From NCBI RefSeq assembly GCF_001194135.2, contig NC_068990.1, forward strand, positions 45,357,934 through 45,394,051: 36,118 nucleotides of DNA. The letters are read 5' to 3'. The position numbers and the translations under genes are program-made. The DNA comes from Octopus bimaculoides. Its lineage: Eukaryota. Of this stretch, positions 1-11,589 are shown piece by piece; the first letter of the stretch is position 1; the number at the start of each line of letters is the position of its first letter. The notes beneath the pieces were generated by a model. It saw only the letters and a list, made by a program, of their open reading frames with translations, had not been told where the DNA came from and ran no database searches.

Positions 1-102
1 TCTGCAAAAAAATTGGCAAAAATCGACATTTCTAAATTACCTCCACCCTACCCCCATTTCCTTCATTTTTCACTTTTTTCAGAATTTTTTTTTTTCAAAA
101 TA

Positions 103-186
103 TGCAGAGAGTGTAATGGGGGCTTTTACATGCCAGTGGCACAGGTGCCATTTGTGTGACACCAGTATCTTCCATGACTGCAATTT
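103..186 (-). mobile_element. RTE LINE 3' UTR remnant, cut off from 1450-3050 by the mariner insertion
   Basis: CAGAGAGTGTAATGGGGGCTTTTACATGCCA matches the RTE 3' UTR motif at ~8965-8995 (CAGAGAGTGTAGTGGGTGCTTTTACGTGTCA). Confidence 0.55.
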
Positions 187-188
187 TA

Positions 189-1447
189 TCAGGTCATTAA
201 GAATGAAATGTCCAATTTTCTTATGCACCAAGTTTGACTCAAATGTTTCATCCTGACAATTCTTTGTTTTACAACATTGAAGAGTTATATCATCACTTTT
301 CAAAATGCAATTCATGGTGTCTGATTATATTGTGAGTTTTCTCTTGTAAATTAATTTTTGTGAACCCATGGATAGATAAAAAAAATTGTATTGTTTAGGA
401 ATATGAGTTCTGTTGTGGAATCAATGCATCCCAGACAGCTCAAAATATCAATGAGGTATTTGGTGAAGATGTGGCGAATGAGCATACTATATGTTGATGG
501 TTTGAGAAGTTCTGGTCTAGTGACTTTATTCTTGAGAATCAGCCCCATGGTAGACCTGAGTCCAGGGTGGATAATGATGAGCTGGAAACTAGTGGAAGTG
601 GATACATCTCAAACTACGTGTGATTTAGCTGCAAGGTTTGATGTTTCAATTCCAACTGTACTGGACCATCTGAAACAAATCGGCAAGGTAAACAAACTGG
701 ACAAGTGGGTACCACATGAACTGAATGAACATCAAATGACACATTGTCTTAAAATTTGCTGTTCTTTGCTGTCACAGCATAAAAGCGAACCATTTTTGCA
801 TCTATTGTTATGTGTGATGAAAAATGGATTCTTTTCGACAATAGTAAGCATTCTGCACAGTGGTTGGATAGAGATAAAGTGCCCAAACACAAAAGAATAT
901 TCACCAAGAAAAGCTAATGGTGTTTGTTTGATGGTCCAGCACTGATGTCATCCACTACAGCTTCATGTGACCTGATAAGTCAATTACAGCGTATACATCA
1001 ACCAATTGGATGACATGATGAGTGAATTTGTAATTAAACAACTGAGATCGGTCAACAGAGACAAGCCAGTTCTCTTGCAAGACAATGTCTGACTACATGT
1101 TGCACAAAGAACGCTACTCAAGTTACAGGAACTGAACTTGGAAGTACTCTGTCATCTGCCATATTCATCAGACCTTGAACCAACTGACTATCATGTTTTG
1201 CAGGTATTAGATAACTTTTTGCAAGGAATAAACTTCAAATCTGAAGATGTAGAAACAGCCTTTTGTGATTTCATCGCCTCTTGCTCTCCAGAATTTTTCA
1301 CTGCCAGCATAAATAAGCTACCGATAAAATGGCAAAATTGTGTTGATAATTTAGGTGCATACTTTGATTAGATGCATTGCTTTTTGTTGAAATAAAGTAA
1401 AATAAACTTTCAGTTCAAAATCGGACATTTCATTCTTGATGACCTGA
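189..1447 (+). mobile_element. Full-length but decayed mariner DNA transposon (Hsmar1/cecropia-like)
   Basis: 31-bp TIRs at 189-219 (TCAGGTCATTAAGAATGAAATGTCCAATTTT) and 1417-1447 with 2 mismatches. TA on both sides (187-188, 1448-1449). Length 1259 bp. Transposase fragments HLKQIGKVNKLDKWVPHEL, LPYSSDLEPTDYH and KWQNCVDNLGAYFD are broken by stops and frameshifts. Confidence 0.95.
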
Positions 1448-1449
1448 TA

Positions 1450-3050
1450 TTTGACAGCACTCATTTGCCATTGCCTCCATGAAGCCCAACACACTTCAAA
1501 GGTGCTTTTCACATGCCACTGGTATGGGTTTCCTGTTACATGACACCAGCATTGGCTATGACCACGATTTCACTTAGCCTGACAGGTCTTCTCAAGCACA
1601 GCATATTTCTAAAAGTCTCAGTCACTAATCATTGCCTTTGTGAGGCCCAAAGATCGTACTTTACCTTCTTGTCCCATGTCTTTTTGGGTCTACCTCTACC
1701 TTGGGGTCCCTCCACAGTTAGAGATAGGCACTTCTTTACACAGCTGTCCTCGTCTATACGCATCCCATGACCATACTAGCGCAATTGTCTCACTTGCAAC
1801 CACATCTGATGCCTCTTATGCCCAACTTTTCTCCCAAGATGCTTACACTCTGTCATACATGCACACTAACTTTGCACATCCAGCAAAGTATACTGACTCC
1901 ATTTCTTTCAAGCCTACACATGTCCTTGGCTGTTACAGCCCATGTTTCACTGTCGTGTAGCATAGCTGTTTGCACACAAGCATCATACAATCTACCTTTC
2001 ACTCTGAGGGGGAGGCCCTTTGTTACCAGTAGAGATAGGAGCTTTCTGAACTTTGCCCAGCCTATTCTTATTCTGACAGCTATGCTCTCAGAGCACCCAC
2101 CTCCACTACTGACTTGGTTACCTAGATAGCAGAAGCTATCTACTACTTCTAGCTTACCCACCTGGCAGTTGATAGAGTCTATTTTCTGTACATTTTTGGT
2201 GTTTATTGTACCTGTGCATCTTCCACACACAAAAGCTATTTTCCCTGTTAACCTTCCTCTGATATTGCTGCACATCTTATGTGTCCTCAGCTTACACTAA
2301 GTATATCTTATGGAGTTTCTACCTACGCCTTTTCTACAGATTGAGCAGGGCCATCTCCCTGAAGGGATTTGTGATTTGTCTGACTTTCTACTTACTAAGG
2401 CTTTGTACCCTGAATTCTTCGCTGTACTCATTGCTGACCCTCACCTTACTGATAGCATCCCTGTACATAGCTTGTACAGCACTCATCTATCCCTAGTTTC
2501 TTCATTGACCACCAGATAAGGGATTGGAAGATCCTGTCAAAAGCTTTCTCCAAGTCAACAAAAGCCAAGTACAGAGGTTTATCTTTGGCTATGTATGTCT
2601 TCTGCAGCTGTCTTACCAGAAATATAGCATTAGAGGTGTTTCTCCCTGGCACAAAACCAAACTGTATCTCATCTAGAATAACTCTAACTCTCCCTAATTA
2701 GTTGGGCTATGACCCTCTTCATAACTTTCATCACCTGATCCAATAATTTGATACCTCTGTAATTATTTCTATCTAAGGTATCACCTTCACCTTTGTAGCA
2801 GTTGATTATGGTCCTGCTACACCAGTCATTGGGTATGACTCCTTTATGTATCACCTGATTTACAATAAAAGTGACTAGACCATAACCCACACCGCCAAAT
2901 ATTTTAAGCATCTCAGCAGTGATTCCTGATGGGCCGGGGGCTTTTCCTATCTTCATATCCTTAATTGCTTTATCTACCAAGGTACTATCAATTTGGGTAG
3001 CTGGTCTCTCAGTTGGGTCAACATTTGGCAGACTCTCCTCCTCCCATTGG
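1450..3050 (-). mobile_element. RTE-clade LINE, 5'-truncated, decayed RT region plus 3' UTR
   Basis: ORFs 2684-2980 (KAPGPSGITAEMLK, NYRGIKLL), 2446-2652 (FVDLEKAFD) and 1853-2275 (FCYLG, RIRIGWAKF, GRLYDACV). The QG/YADD segment appears removed by an internal deletion near 2400. Confidence 0.9.
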
Positions 3051-3052
3051 TT

Positions 3053-3170
3053 GGCCCAGGGCTACAGTAGAAGACGCCTAAGGTGCTGTTCAGCAGGACT
3101 GAACCTAAGACCACATGGATGGGTTAAGTATCATTGTGTGGCACCTTGGGTAAGTGTCTTCTACTTGAGC
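3053..3170. repeat. SINE head remnants in both orientations
   Basis: GTGTGGCACCTTGGGTAAGTGTCTTCTAC and its reverse-orientation counterpart match the SINE head at 35165-35320. Confidence 0.5.
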
Positions 3171-3228
3171 TTATTTAAAGTAAATGTAAATCATGTTAAA
3201 AATATTTTAAATAGTGGATATTATTTCT

Positions 3229-4041
3229 TCTCTGATATATAAAATAGAGATGTGTGTGTATTCGCTTTTCAGGTGAAATCGACTTCACCAAATGCTTCCA
3301 TACTTGTGATGCATGAATAATTTGACCTCGGATAAATGTTAGGCTCTTCATTTGATTTTTTTATTAAAAATAAATAATATTACTTTATATTTATGATTCA
3401 CTTCTTTAAAAAGGTTCCTCAATGTCAACTTCCGGTATTGACGTAACAACGGCACAAAGCTTCACTCTCTATTTGGACGTTTTTGTACCAAATGCTTATA
3501 TACTTGTGATGAAATGTCAACTTCTGGTATTGACGTAGCGTGCATGTAGTATTTACTCTCTCTCTCTCTCTTATACACACGCACGCACGCACACACACAC
3601 ACTCACACACAAAGATCTATGCATATTTATGCATGTACATATACATGACCTCTCTCTCTCTCTCACTCTCTCTCTCCCTCTCTCACTCTCTCTCTGTCAC
3701 ACACACACACGTCCATTTCATCTGATGTGTGATACTCTGTGTGTGTGCGTGTGTGGGGGGTTCCACAATCGCCATTTATTTCAATTACTCTTGTGAGGAT
3801 ATTGACGTAAATCATTTTTTTCATTTAATCCCCACTTTAATTTTCGTAAAAGTTTCCAAGTACCAATGAGGCTTTTTGGCGCATCTTCAATTTTCCCATT
3901 CATGAGAGGCGCCCAGCCATCATTCATCTGAGAGTCCATCTACAGAATGTCCTCAAATTGCTATACAGCATATTTTGCTTTTTTTCATCCAGTATATAAG
4001 CAACAATTTCTTTCCCGAGCAACGCCGGGTGCCTCTGCTAG
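3229..4041 (+). mobile_element. Non-autonomous Helitron-like element
   Basis: 3' end has a GC hairpin CCCG-AGCAACGC-CGGG (4014-4029), then CTAG (4038-4041) followed by T, the canonical Helitron terminus. The 5' end near 3231 reads TCTGATATATAAAATAGAGATGTGTGTG. Internal microsatellites at 3555-3760. The 5' boundary is uncertain. Confidence 0.6.
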
Positions 4042-4143
4042 TGATAATATAAAAATTAAAGTTTTGAAATTTTTATTTCTTTTATTTCACCATGATCGTC
4101 CACACACTCTCTTACTATTTCTATTTCTGACTTTTCCAATTGA

Positions 4144-4383
4144 TTCAGCAAAAGAAACCATTAGGATAAGTACAAGGCTTTACAAACAAATAATAAGCAC
4201 TGGGGACAATAAATTCAACTAAAATTCTTCAAGATAGTGCCCCAGCATTGTTGCACTCTAATGACTGAAACAAGTAAAAGACAAAAGATATAGTCTTCGG
4301 TTTGACCATTGCCTTGTGAGTGAAATTTAGTTGACCGAAACTATATGGAAGCCTCTCACATAATAGCATTACACACATTATGG

Positions 4384-4415
<32 letters not shown>

Positions 4416-4445
4416 ATATTCATTTGTACATTTTCACTTGACACT
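4144..4445 (+). repeat. SINE fragments (tail module ending GAAACAAGTAAAAGA, plus partial head and (TA)/(TG) repeat)
   Basis: Similar to the intact copies at 33775-34255 and 35165-35558. Confidence 0.6.
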
Positions 4446-4629
4446 ATCTGAACAATACAGTGATCTCAATGTTTACATTCCCTACATGAAATACATTTTG
4501 TAGCTCAGCACTTTTGAAGATCAGTGGAAGAAAAATTCTCTTAAATGAAAAATGTGAGGTTTGGCAACATACTACCTCAATAGATTTCTGTTCTGCCCAT
4601 GCTGAGAAAAAAAAGAAAAAAAAGAGCTG

Positions 4630-4860
4630 GCCAGCTGAAGAGCTGCTCAGGCTCCAACTGTCTGTTTTGGCATAGTTTCTATGGCTGGATGCCCTTCTTA
4701 ACACCAGCCACTTTGCAGTGTACTGGGTGCTTTTGTGCAGCACCAGCATAGGTGCATTTATGTGGCACTGGTACAGGTGCTTTTTATGTGGCATCAGCAC
4801 CTTCAAGCTCACAAGATTAGAAATGCTCAGCTGGAGAGAGATGCAAGGACAACCACACTG
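4630..4860 (-). mobile_element. RTE 3' end remnant
   Basis: TTTCTATGGCTGGATGCCCTTCTTAACACCAGCCAC is the reverse complement of the conserved RTE 3' motif. Confidence 0.7.
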
Positions 4861-5944
4861 TATGCAAGGGAAATGAATATCTAAATATAAAAGGGTATGA
4901 TATTTCATGGTGACCATACATCTATGTCATGAGCAAAGCTTCAATCTAAAGCATTAATACTCCCTTTCAGAGTCAGAAATTATTTTCATCAATCACTGAT
5001 TACTGGACTCTATCTAAACTATGTTAGAACCACATTAGAGTACAGCTTTCACATCTGTTGCCATACACAAATATTCTAGATAAACAAATAAATAAACAAA
5101 CAAACAAAGAAGCCATTTAGCTGATTGATAAATATCTTTTCACCAACATGCTACAACCACTAATCTGCAGATATGTTGTGTCTGTTTTACACCTCTTCTA
5201 TACTGTTATAACTGCTTGCTCCTTGGAAGTAGTCAGTTGTGTACCACTTCCATCAAAATTCTCTTGGTTGTGTCAGCCTCTCATTTCAGTCTCCTTACTG
5301 CATCTTTGGATAGTAGATTTAATCTGTCGCCCACTTAAGCAGTACATGGTCCTTTAGCAGAGTTCACTTTGTTGGAAGCATTCAGACTTCTACGCTAGTG
5401 GCTCTGACTGCCATCCACAGTGAATCATATTGCCAACTTCTTGAACAGAACCAGGGCCTTTGTTCATGATCAGGAAAGCACTGACAGCCTTTGGTGGGAA
5501 CATGCTATCTGTAGCAAAGAGAAAAAAGTAAGATGGCTGGGTTTACCTGGGATATCATGAACAACAGTGGGTCAATGAAGGCCATTACTATACGGCTCAG
5601 TGTAACAGAGTCTGTTATCAGATATAGAGTACAAAGATATCAAGTACAAATCCTGCATGACAGGAAAAGAGAGCAGTTTATGTCCAGTTTCTTGGGAGAA
5701 CTGTATGATCAATTGACCCTCTCTCCAACATTATGTTGGGCACAGTATGTGTGACAGTAACCTGATGCTGGCATACACTTGCTTTTCTGATTGCATCAGG
5801 GCCACATCATTGAGGGTGAAGGCAGTTTGTTTGGATGGTTTGTTTCTTTGATGTATCTATTTGAGCATGTATGCTGTTTTTCTCAGAGCATGTTTTTCTT
5901 TCCATTTTGTTTTGTTCCCCAAAATACCTAACACTCTTTGTGTA

Positions 5945-6640
5945 TTATCATCATCATTGTTTTATGCCTGCTTTATGTGCTGGCATGGCAGTGGCTTCTA
6001 CTTAGACTTACAACTCCCTTCAATGGGTTGAGAGACCACATCTTGCTTATATGTTCTGGTTTGGTATGGATTCTATAGCTAGATGCTCTTCCTAATACCA
6101 ATTACTTTACAGAGTGTACTTGGTGCATTTTATCATGGCACCTGCACTCGAAAGGCTGACATATCCCAATGAGACAAGACTAATGAGTCTTCTCATTCCT
6201 GCATTGTCTCCTTTGATCTCATCTCAAACACTTTACCAAGTAGACTGGGCTGAGTACATTTTATTGTGACACTAGTGTGGTTGCAATGTACTTTGCAAGA
6301 TAAAAGAGACCTCATACTTTATATGAATTTTTTCCATTGTACAGAGCAACAAGATCTTAAAGAAGAGAAGATAGAAGTGAAAGCAATTGCAGAAGATGGT
6401 TAAAGTGCAAAGGAGAATGAAGTGAAAGTATGAAAAGGGAAACCAAGTGATTGGAGTGATATTGTAGCAGATGAACGAGAAATGGGAAAGACAGTGCTAG
6501 AAGGAGTAATGGAAGAGACAGTTATGATAGAAGGACAATAATGTTAGCTACAGGTTTACTTGTAAGAAAGGAAACAAGTGATGGATAGTTGTGGATACAG
6601 TATGATAGTTGTCAATAATAAGTAACTTGAGAGAGTAGTA
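5945..6640 (-). mobile_element. Non-autonomous element with an RTE-type 3' tail and a strand-biased body
   Basis: (CAT)n tail and RTE motif at 5945-6150, then GTACTTTGCAAGA and a purine-rich body resembling 20100-20480. Confidence 0.45.
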
Positions 6641-6679
6641 ACCAGCTGTCAAGTTGACAGCGTTGCTGCTGCTGATGGT

Positions 6680-7730
6680 GATAATAATAATAATAGTTTC
6701 AAATTTTGGCACACTACCAGCAGTTTTTGAGGGCGAGAAGTTGATTACATCAACCCCAGTACTTGACTGGTAGTTGTTTTATTAACCCTAAAAGGCAAAG
6801 TTAACCTTAACAGAATTTGAACTCAGAATGTTAAGACGGATGAAATGTTGCTAAGCATTTTGTCACCACAAGTCATTTCATCTGATACTCTACTTATACT
6901 TTTATCTACCATATAAATAATACTTTCTATTATAGGCTGAAGTCCAGCAGTTTTGAGAAGGGTTAATTAGGGAAAGCTCACCTCAGTAGGAACTGAAATC
7001 AGAAACTAAATACTGCAAAGCATGTTGTCTGGTGCTCTATTAATCCTACCAGTCCATCTCAAATAATAAGGATGGTAACAATTATTGATCCATTGAAGGA
7101 ACCTCTACATAGTTACTTGCTTGTTCGAAATAGCAGCTGATTTTTTCAAAGTGCACCATACTATTTTAAAAGAATATACTGGATAAAGTAGTTTGGTGTA
7201 GACAATTCCTGAAAAGGCTAGGCCTGCTTGATGAGGGCTGACAAGGGCCAAACAGCAGCAAAAACAATAATAATAATAGTGATAATTCCTAACATAATCA
7301 CAAGGTTGCACATTTTATGGGATAGAACAGTTGATTTTATTGGATCCTTAGTACTTTTTGATCCGTATTTATTTTCTCAACACTGGAGACAATATAGAAG
7401 CTAGTGAAAGCCACAGATTTTAGGGGATGGTACAGTTGATTTTACCAGATCCCTAATATTTCTCAATTAATACTTATTTTTGCAATATTGAAGCTCATGG
7501 GATTTGAACTTAAGCTGTCCTAATAAAACTAATGATAGTTTCTAACATTGGCACAAGGCTTCAAATTTTGTTGCTAGTAGCTGATATGCTTTCAGTACTA
7601 GATTGGTTGAATAATACATGATTAATTTATCCAGCTCCAAAAGATTCAAAGCTAATTTGACCCAGTAGGATTTGAACTCCTAAATATCACAGATATTTGC
7701 CATTTAAAATAATTCTTGAGTGATTGAAGT
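6680..7730 (-). repeat. Cluster of decayed (ATT)n-tailed tRNA-type SINE copies
   Basis: Repeated TTTCAAATTTTGGCAC..., GATTACAT..ACCCCAGT and GAATTTGAACTCAG motifs, each preceded by (AAT)n; same family as 32105-33177. Confidence 0.65.
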
Positions 7731-7789
7731 GCTGGAATTGAGAAATTCCAACTAGCGCGTTATGCTGATTTGGTTTTGGATAAATGTTA

Positions 7790-8010
7790 TGTGTGGGTAT
7801 GAGGCTTGCTTCCCAACATATGGGCTTGTATTCAGTCCCACTGTGCAGTACTTTGGGTTAATATCTTCTACTATTGCCTCAGGTTGACCAAAGCCTTGTG
7901 AATATATTTGGTTGATGGAAACTTAAAGAAGCCCATCTTATATGTGTGTGTATATTTGTGTGTACCCTTGTCTTGATATCACATGATGGTTGTAAATAAG
8001 CATCATCATC
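7790..8010 (+). repeat. SINE head + (TG)n + start of the RTE-type tail module
   Basis: GCTTGCTTCCCAAC...CAGTCCCACTGTG...CCAAAGCCTTGTGA, then (TG)n, then CCCTTGTCTTGATATCACATGATGGTTGTAAA. Confidence 0.65.
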
Positions 8011-8084
8011 AAACAATTGACAGGAAAGATATATAATATAATAATGTGTGTGTGTGTGTGGTAGATACTATTGTCATGCATCTG

Positions 8085-8280
8085 GCATCCATGCCAGCGG
8101 CATGTTAAAGCACCCATTATACTTTCAGAGTGGTTGGCATTAGGGAGGGTATCCAGCCCTAGAAACCATGCCAATTCAGAATGGTGTCTGGTACCGCCCC
8201 TCAGCTTACCATCCCTGGTCAAACCATCCAACCCATGCCAGCATGGACAAAAGATGTTAAATGATGATGATGACAACAAT
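8085..8280 (+). mobile_element. RTE 3' end remnant
   Basis: CAGAGTGGTTGGCATTAGGGAGGGTATCCAG...CCCATGCCAGCATGG...GTTAAATGATGATGATG. Confidence 0.75.
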
Positions 8281-8287
8281 ATGTGAA

Positions 8288-8628
8288 GGCATATGGCTCA
8301 ATGGTTAGTGTTGGGCTCACAATCTTGAGGTAGTGAGTTCAATTCCCAGACCAGGCTGTGTGTTGTGTTCTTGAGCAGGACACTTTACTTCATGTTGCTC
8401 CAGTTCACTTGGCTGTAGAAATGAGTTGTGACATCACCGGTGTCGAGCTGTATCGGCCTTTGCCTTTCCCTTGGATAACATTGGTGGCATGGAGAGGGGA
8501 GACTGATATTCATGGGCTGCTGCTGGCCTTACATAAAAACAACCTTGCTTAGACATGTACCTTGGAGGGGAACTTTCTAGGTGCAATCCCATGGTCATTC
8601 ATGACTGAAGGGGGTCTTTACCCTTTAT
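8288..8628 (+). mobile_element. Well-preserved tRNA-derived SINE (~340 bp)
   Basis: Pol III A box TGGCTCAATGG (8294-8304) and B box GAGTTCAATTCC (8335-8346), followed by a non-tRNA body ending CTTTACCCTTTA. Confidence 0.75.
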
Positions 8629-8799
8629 ATAAATATATAAAATATTCATGATAATGTACAAGTATGCATACAATCATAATTTGGTGAAGGTTCTAGAGTT
8701 TTGTACCATGCAGATAGAGAATTATGAAATTTGTGTGTATAGACATATATATAGCTGTAAGCATGCATGTATTTATGTATGTATGTAAATACATATGTA

Positions 8800-9058
8800 C
8801 ATCATCATCATCATCATCATCATCATCGTTTAACGTCCGCTTTCCATGCTAGCATGGGTTGGACGATTTGACTGAGGACTGGTGAAACCGGATGGCAACA
8901 CCAGGCTCCAGTCTGATTTGGCAGAGTTTCTACAGCTGGATGCCCTTCCTAACGCCAACCACTCAGAGAGTGTAGTGGGTGCTTTTACGTGTCACCCGCA
9001 CGAAAACGGCCACGCTCGAAATGGTGTCTTTTATGTGCCACCCGCACAAGCCAGTCCA
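8800..9058 (-). mobile_element. Young, 5'-truncated RTE 3' end with (GAT)n tail
   Basis: (CAT)n followed by CGTTTAACGTCCGCTTTCCATGCTAGC...; CpGs intact; nearly identical to 35883-36118. Confidence 0.9.
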
Positions 9059-9261
9059 ATGTTTATTCTTAGTCTTTTTTAATTCAAATCCTCTCCAGGA
9101 TTAATTTTGGCTTTCATCCTTCCAAGGTCAATTAAATAAGTGCCTGTTAGGTACTGGGATCAATTTAATCTACTATATTATTGAAAGTGAAGCTATACTC
9201 TAATTTCTGAAACCAGTAAAAGAATATTTATATCAGTAAGATCATATATTTTCTTTATTAG

Positions 9262-9459
9262 GTGATGGGAAGAAAATATGTGTGAAGGTGATTATATCAG
9301 AACGGTGCCCTCATGTAGAGAGCCATGAGGTTACTTTAGTTTTCAGTCTTTCTGAAGACTACCCTTCTGAAAGCTGCCCACAAATCGAAGTATCCAGTTA
9401 CTCCATAAAATGTGATGATATCCAAGACAAACTACAAACACATGCTCATAATAATGTTG
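9262..9459 (+). CDS. RWDD3: RWDD3 (RSUME) internal coding exon, RWD domain
   Basis: TTCTTTATTAG acceptor, GTAAGT donor, phase 1/1. Translates DGKKICVKVIISERCPHVESHEVTLVFSLSEDYPSESCPQIEVSSYSIKCDDIQDKLQTHAHNNV, with an RWD YP-x-P-type motif. Confidence 0.85.
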
Positions 9460-9559
9460 GTAAGTTTAACTTTATTTCTTGCTTGTGGTGTTGAGAAACT
9501 GAAAAATAGACAATATAATGACAGATACATGTATTTAATGTGTATTTAATGCCACCACC

Positions 9560-9844
9560 CCATCATTGTTTTAGCATTTATTTTTCTATACTTGCATGGG
9601 TCAGATGGAATTTGTTAGGGCAGATTTTTCTATGACCTGATGGCCTTCCTGTCACCAAGCAAGGTGATATTTTCTTATAATTAGATATGTTTTTCACAGA
9701 AGACTGGAAACAATCTCCCTTGTATGACAGTGATGCTAATTTACAATTATCATGAGATGTCTAGACAAGGGTACCTCAGGCAAGCAGTGTCTGCATAATA
9801 GTGACACTCATTTATAACTATCATATGATGTCAAGGCAAAGAGA

Positions 9845-9845
<1 letters not shown>
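9560..9845 (-). repeat. SINE tail module ending in an RTE-like 3' end
   Basis: Similar to 34820-35075: CTTGCATGGGTCAGATGGAATTTG...CCTTCCTGTCAC...CATGAGATGTCTAGACAAGG. Confidence 0.6.

Positions 9846-9849
<4 letters not shown>

Positions 9850-9924
<75 letters not shown>
9850..9924. repeat. (CA)n microsatellite
   Basis: Uninterrupted CA run. Confidence 0.98.
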
Positions 9925-9925
<1 letters not shown>

Positions 9926-10975
9926 TGTACTTCCAGAATCTCAATTTCATGAAGATGGGCTGGTCTTCTCAAGAACCACATATTGCCAGTCATCCTGGTC
10001 CATGAAGTCCAAGGTCCTGTCTGTAATCACTTCATCCCATATCTTCTACAAGTTCCATCCTCATTAACCCATTCATGCCGATTGTCCGTTTAAACTGACA
10101 CTTAATTTATAAGGGTACAAAACAAATACTTGATACAAATTGTGATTTGTGTATGATCTGTATCAAAGAATGAAACATGTTCTTAATGTGTATGCAGTCT
10201 GTATCAAACAGATTTCAGTGAAATTTTTTTTCAGTTGTTATTTAGGTCAAAATAATAGTATCTGTGAATTTTCAGGCAATTTCATTCACTAGAAAAATTT
10301 CGGCACGAACGGGTTAAGTGATTGGTTTTATGCAACTGTCCTCATCCATTTGCATCACATGTTCATAGCAGCACTTTTGTCTTTCTTGCACACTTCATCT
10401 GATTCTCCTTACACCTCAGTTTTTCTGTCAGCACATTTGTACTTTGTTGTTCATGTACACTTAATGCTGCACTCTCAATGAAACATGCTAGCTTCATTTT
10501 TCTTTCCTATCTCCTCTTAAGTCCTCTGCATTCAAGGCTACCATGCAGCATCACAGTTCTGACACAAGTGTCATACAATCTACCTTTCACCCTGAGAGAA
10601 AAGACCTTTGTTGTCAGTAGCAGTAGAAACTCCCTGAACTTTTTTGCAACCTGTTCTTGTTCTAGCTATTATACTATACTAGCTACTATAGTAACATGAG
10701 CTCTCAACTTTTATTGAACCATCCAAGCATTTAAGGGAATCCGTTATGCTCATAGCATCTACTGCTTCAGTGTATCTGTCACATATGAAGCTTACTTTGT
10801 TAGTTTGGGAATACACTACACTCCTTGTGTGTCTAGCTTACATTGGGTACAGCTTATGGAGCTTATACCTGCTCCTTTTCTGTATATAGAGCAGGGCCAT
10901 TTCCCTGAAGATATCAGGGTCCTGTTTTTACCTACTTTCTAAAACCTTTGTCTTTGCTAAGTTTACCTTAAGACC
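9925..10975 (-). mobile_element. Decayed RTE fragment interrupted by a piggyBac MITE
   Basis: TCATACAATCTACCTTTCACCCTGAG and AGCAGGGCCATTTCCCTGAAG match the RTE copy at 1450-3050. Confidence 0.7.
10068..10313. mobile_element. piggyBac-type MITE (246 bp)
   Basis: TTAA at 10064-10067 and 10314-10317; 14-bp TIR CCCATTCATGCCGA vs CCCGTTCGTGCCGA (2 mismatches). Confidence 0.85.
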
Positions 10976-10995
10976 TCTCAGTACTAGATTTAGCT

Positions 10996-10999
<4 letters not shown>

Positions 11000-11079
<80 letters not shown>
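11000..11079. repeat. (CT)n microsatellite ~60 bp upstream of an RWDD3 acceptor
   Basis: Uninterrupted CT run. Confidence 0.98.
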
Positions 11080-11083
<4 letters not shown>

Positions 11084-11137
11084 TGTACAATAGGAGTATT
11101 TGGTGGCTTAACTAATACAATATTTCCTTTCCTGCAG

Positions 11138-11532
11138 GGAGTCCATTAGTGCTTGATTTGATAAATTATGCTAAAGAACTTATACAAGATTTACACTCTT
11201 CCAACATATTTGACTGTACCCAACTTGCAACACACAGGGAGAACTCTGTGACAGATACCCAATCATCATCACCATTGCCACCACTACCATCATCATCACA
11301 CACCAAGAACTTGAAAGTTAAGTCTCCTACATCTCAGAATATTGGCAGTCAAACAGAAATTAAGGATGTTCAAAATTGGACCTTATTGATTCATATTGAC
11401 CATATGAGAGCTAAAGCAAAATATATTAAATTTATCAAGAAATGGTGCAGAAATTTCCAGTTAAGTGGTCAACTAATATTTTTTAAGAAGATTATATTAC
11501 TTTTCCTTGTTGGAGAACACAACAATTTAAAG
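11138..11532 (+). CDS. RWDD3: RWDD3 coding exon: end of RWD domain, Ser/Pro linker, start of C-terminal domain
   Basis: TTTCCTTTCCTGCAG acceptor, GTAATT donor, phase 1/0. LLIHIDHMRAKAKYIKFIKKWCRNFQLSGQLIFFKKIILLFLVGEHNNLK matches the RWDD3 signature (human, recalled: HIDHMRAKTKYVKIVEKW...[22 protein letters not shown]). Confidence 0.92.
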
Positions 11533-11589
11533 GTAATTTTTTAACATAATATCAGGTCTTCATGTATCAACATCACCAGTAGTTAATTG

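Noticed and set aside
391-1371. Mariner ORFs as a domesticated SETMAR-like gene
   Set aside because: Multiple stops and frameshifts, both TIRs and the TA TSD are present, and no SET-domain exons are seen; an ordinary dead copy.
3260-3320. Acceptor-like TTCGCTTTTCAG|G at 3273 as an RWDD3 exon
   Set aside because: It lies inside the Helitron-like element, the frames examined close within ~17 codons, and there is no RWD similarity.
8288-8360. tRNA gene
   Set aside because: A and B boxes are present, but no acceptor stem was seen and the sequence runs into a repeat body; it is a SINE head.
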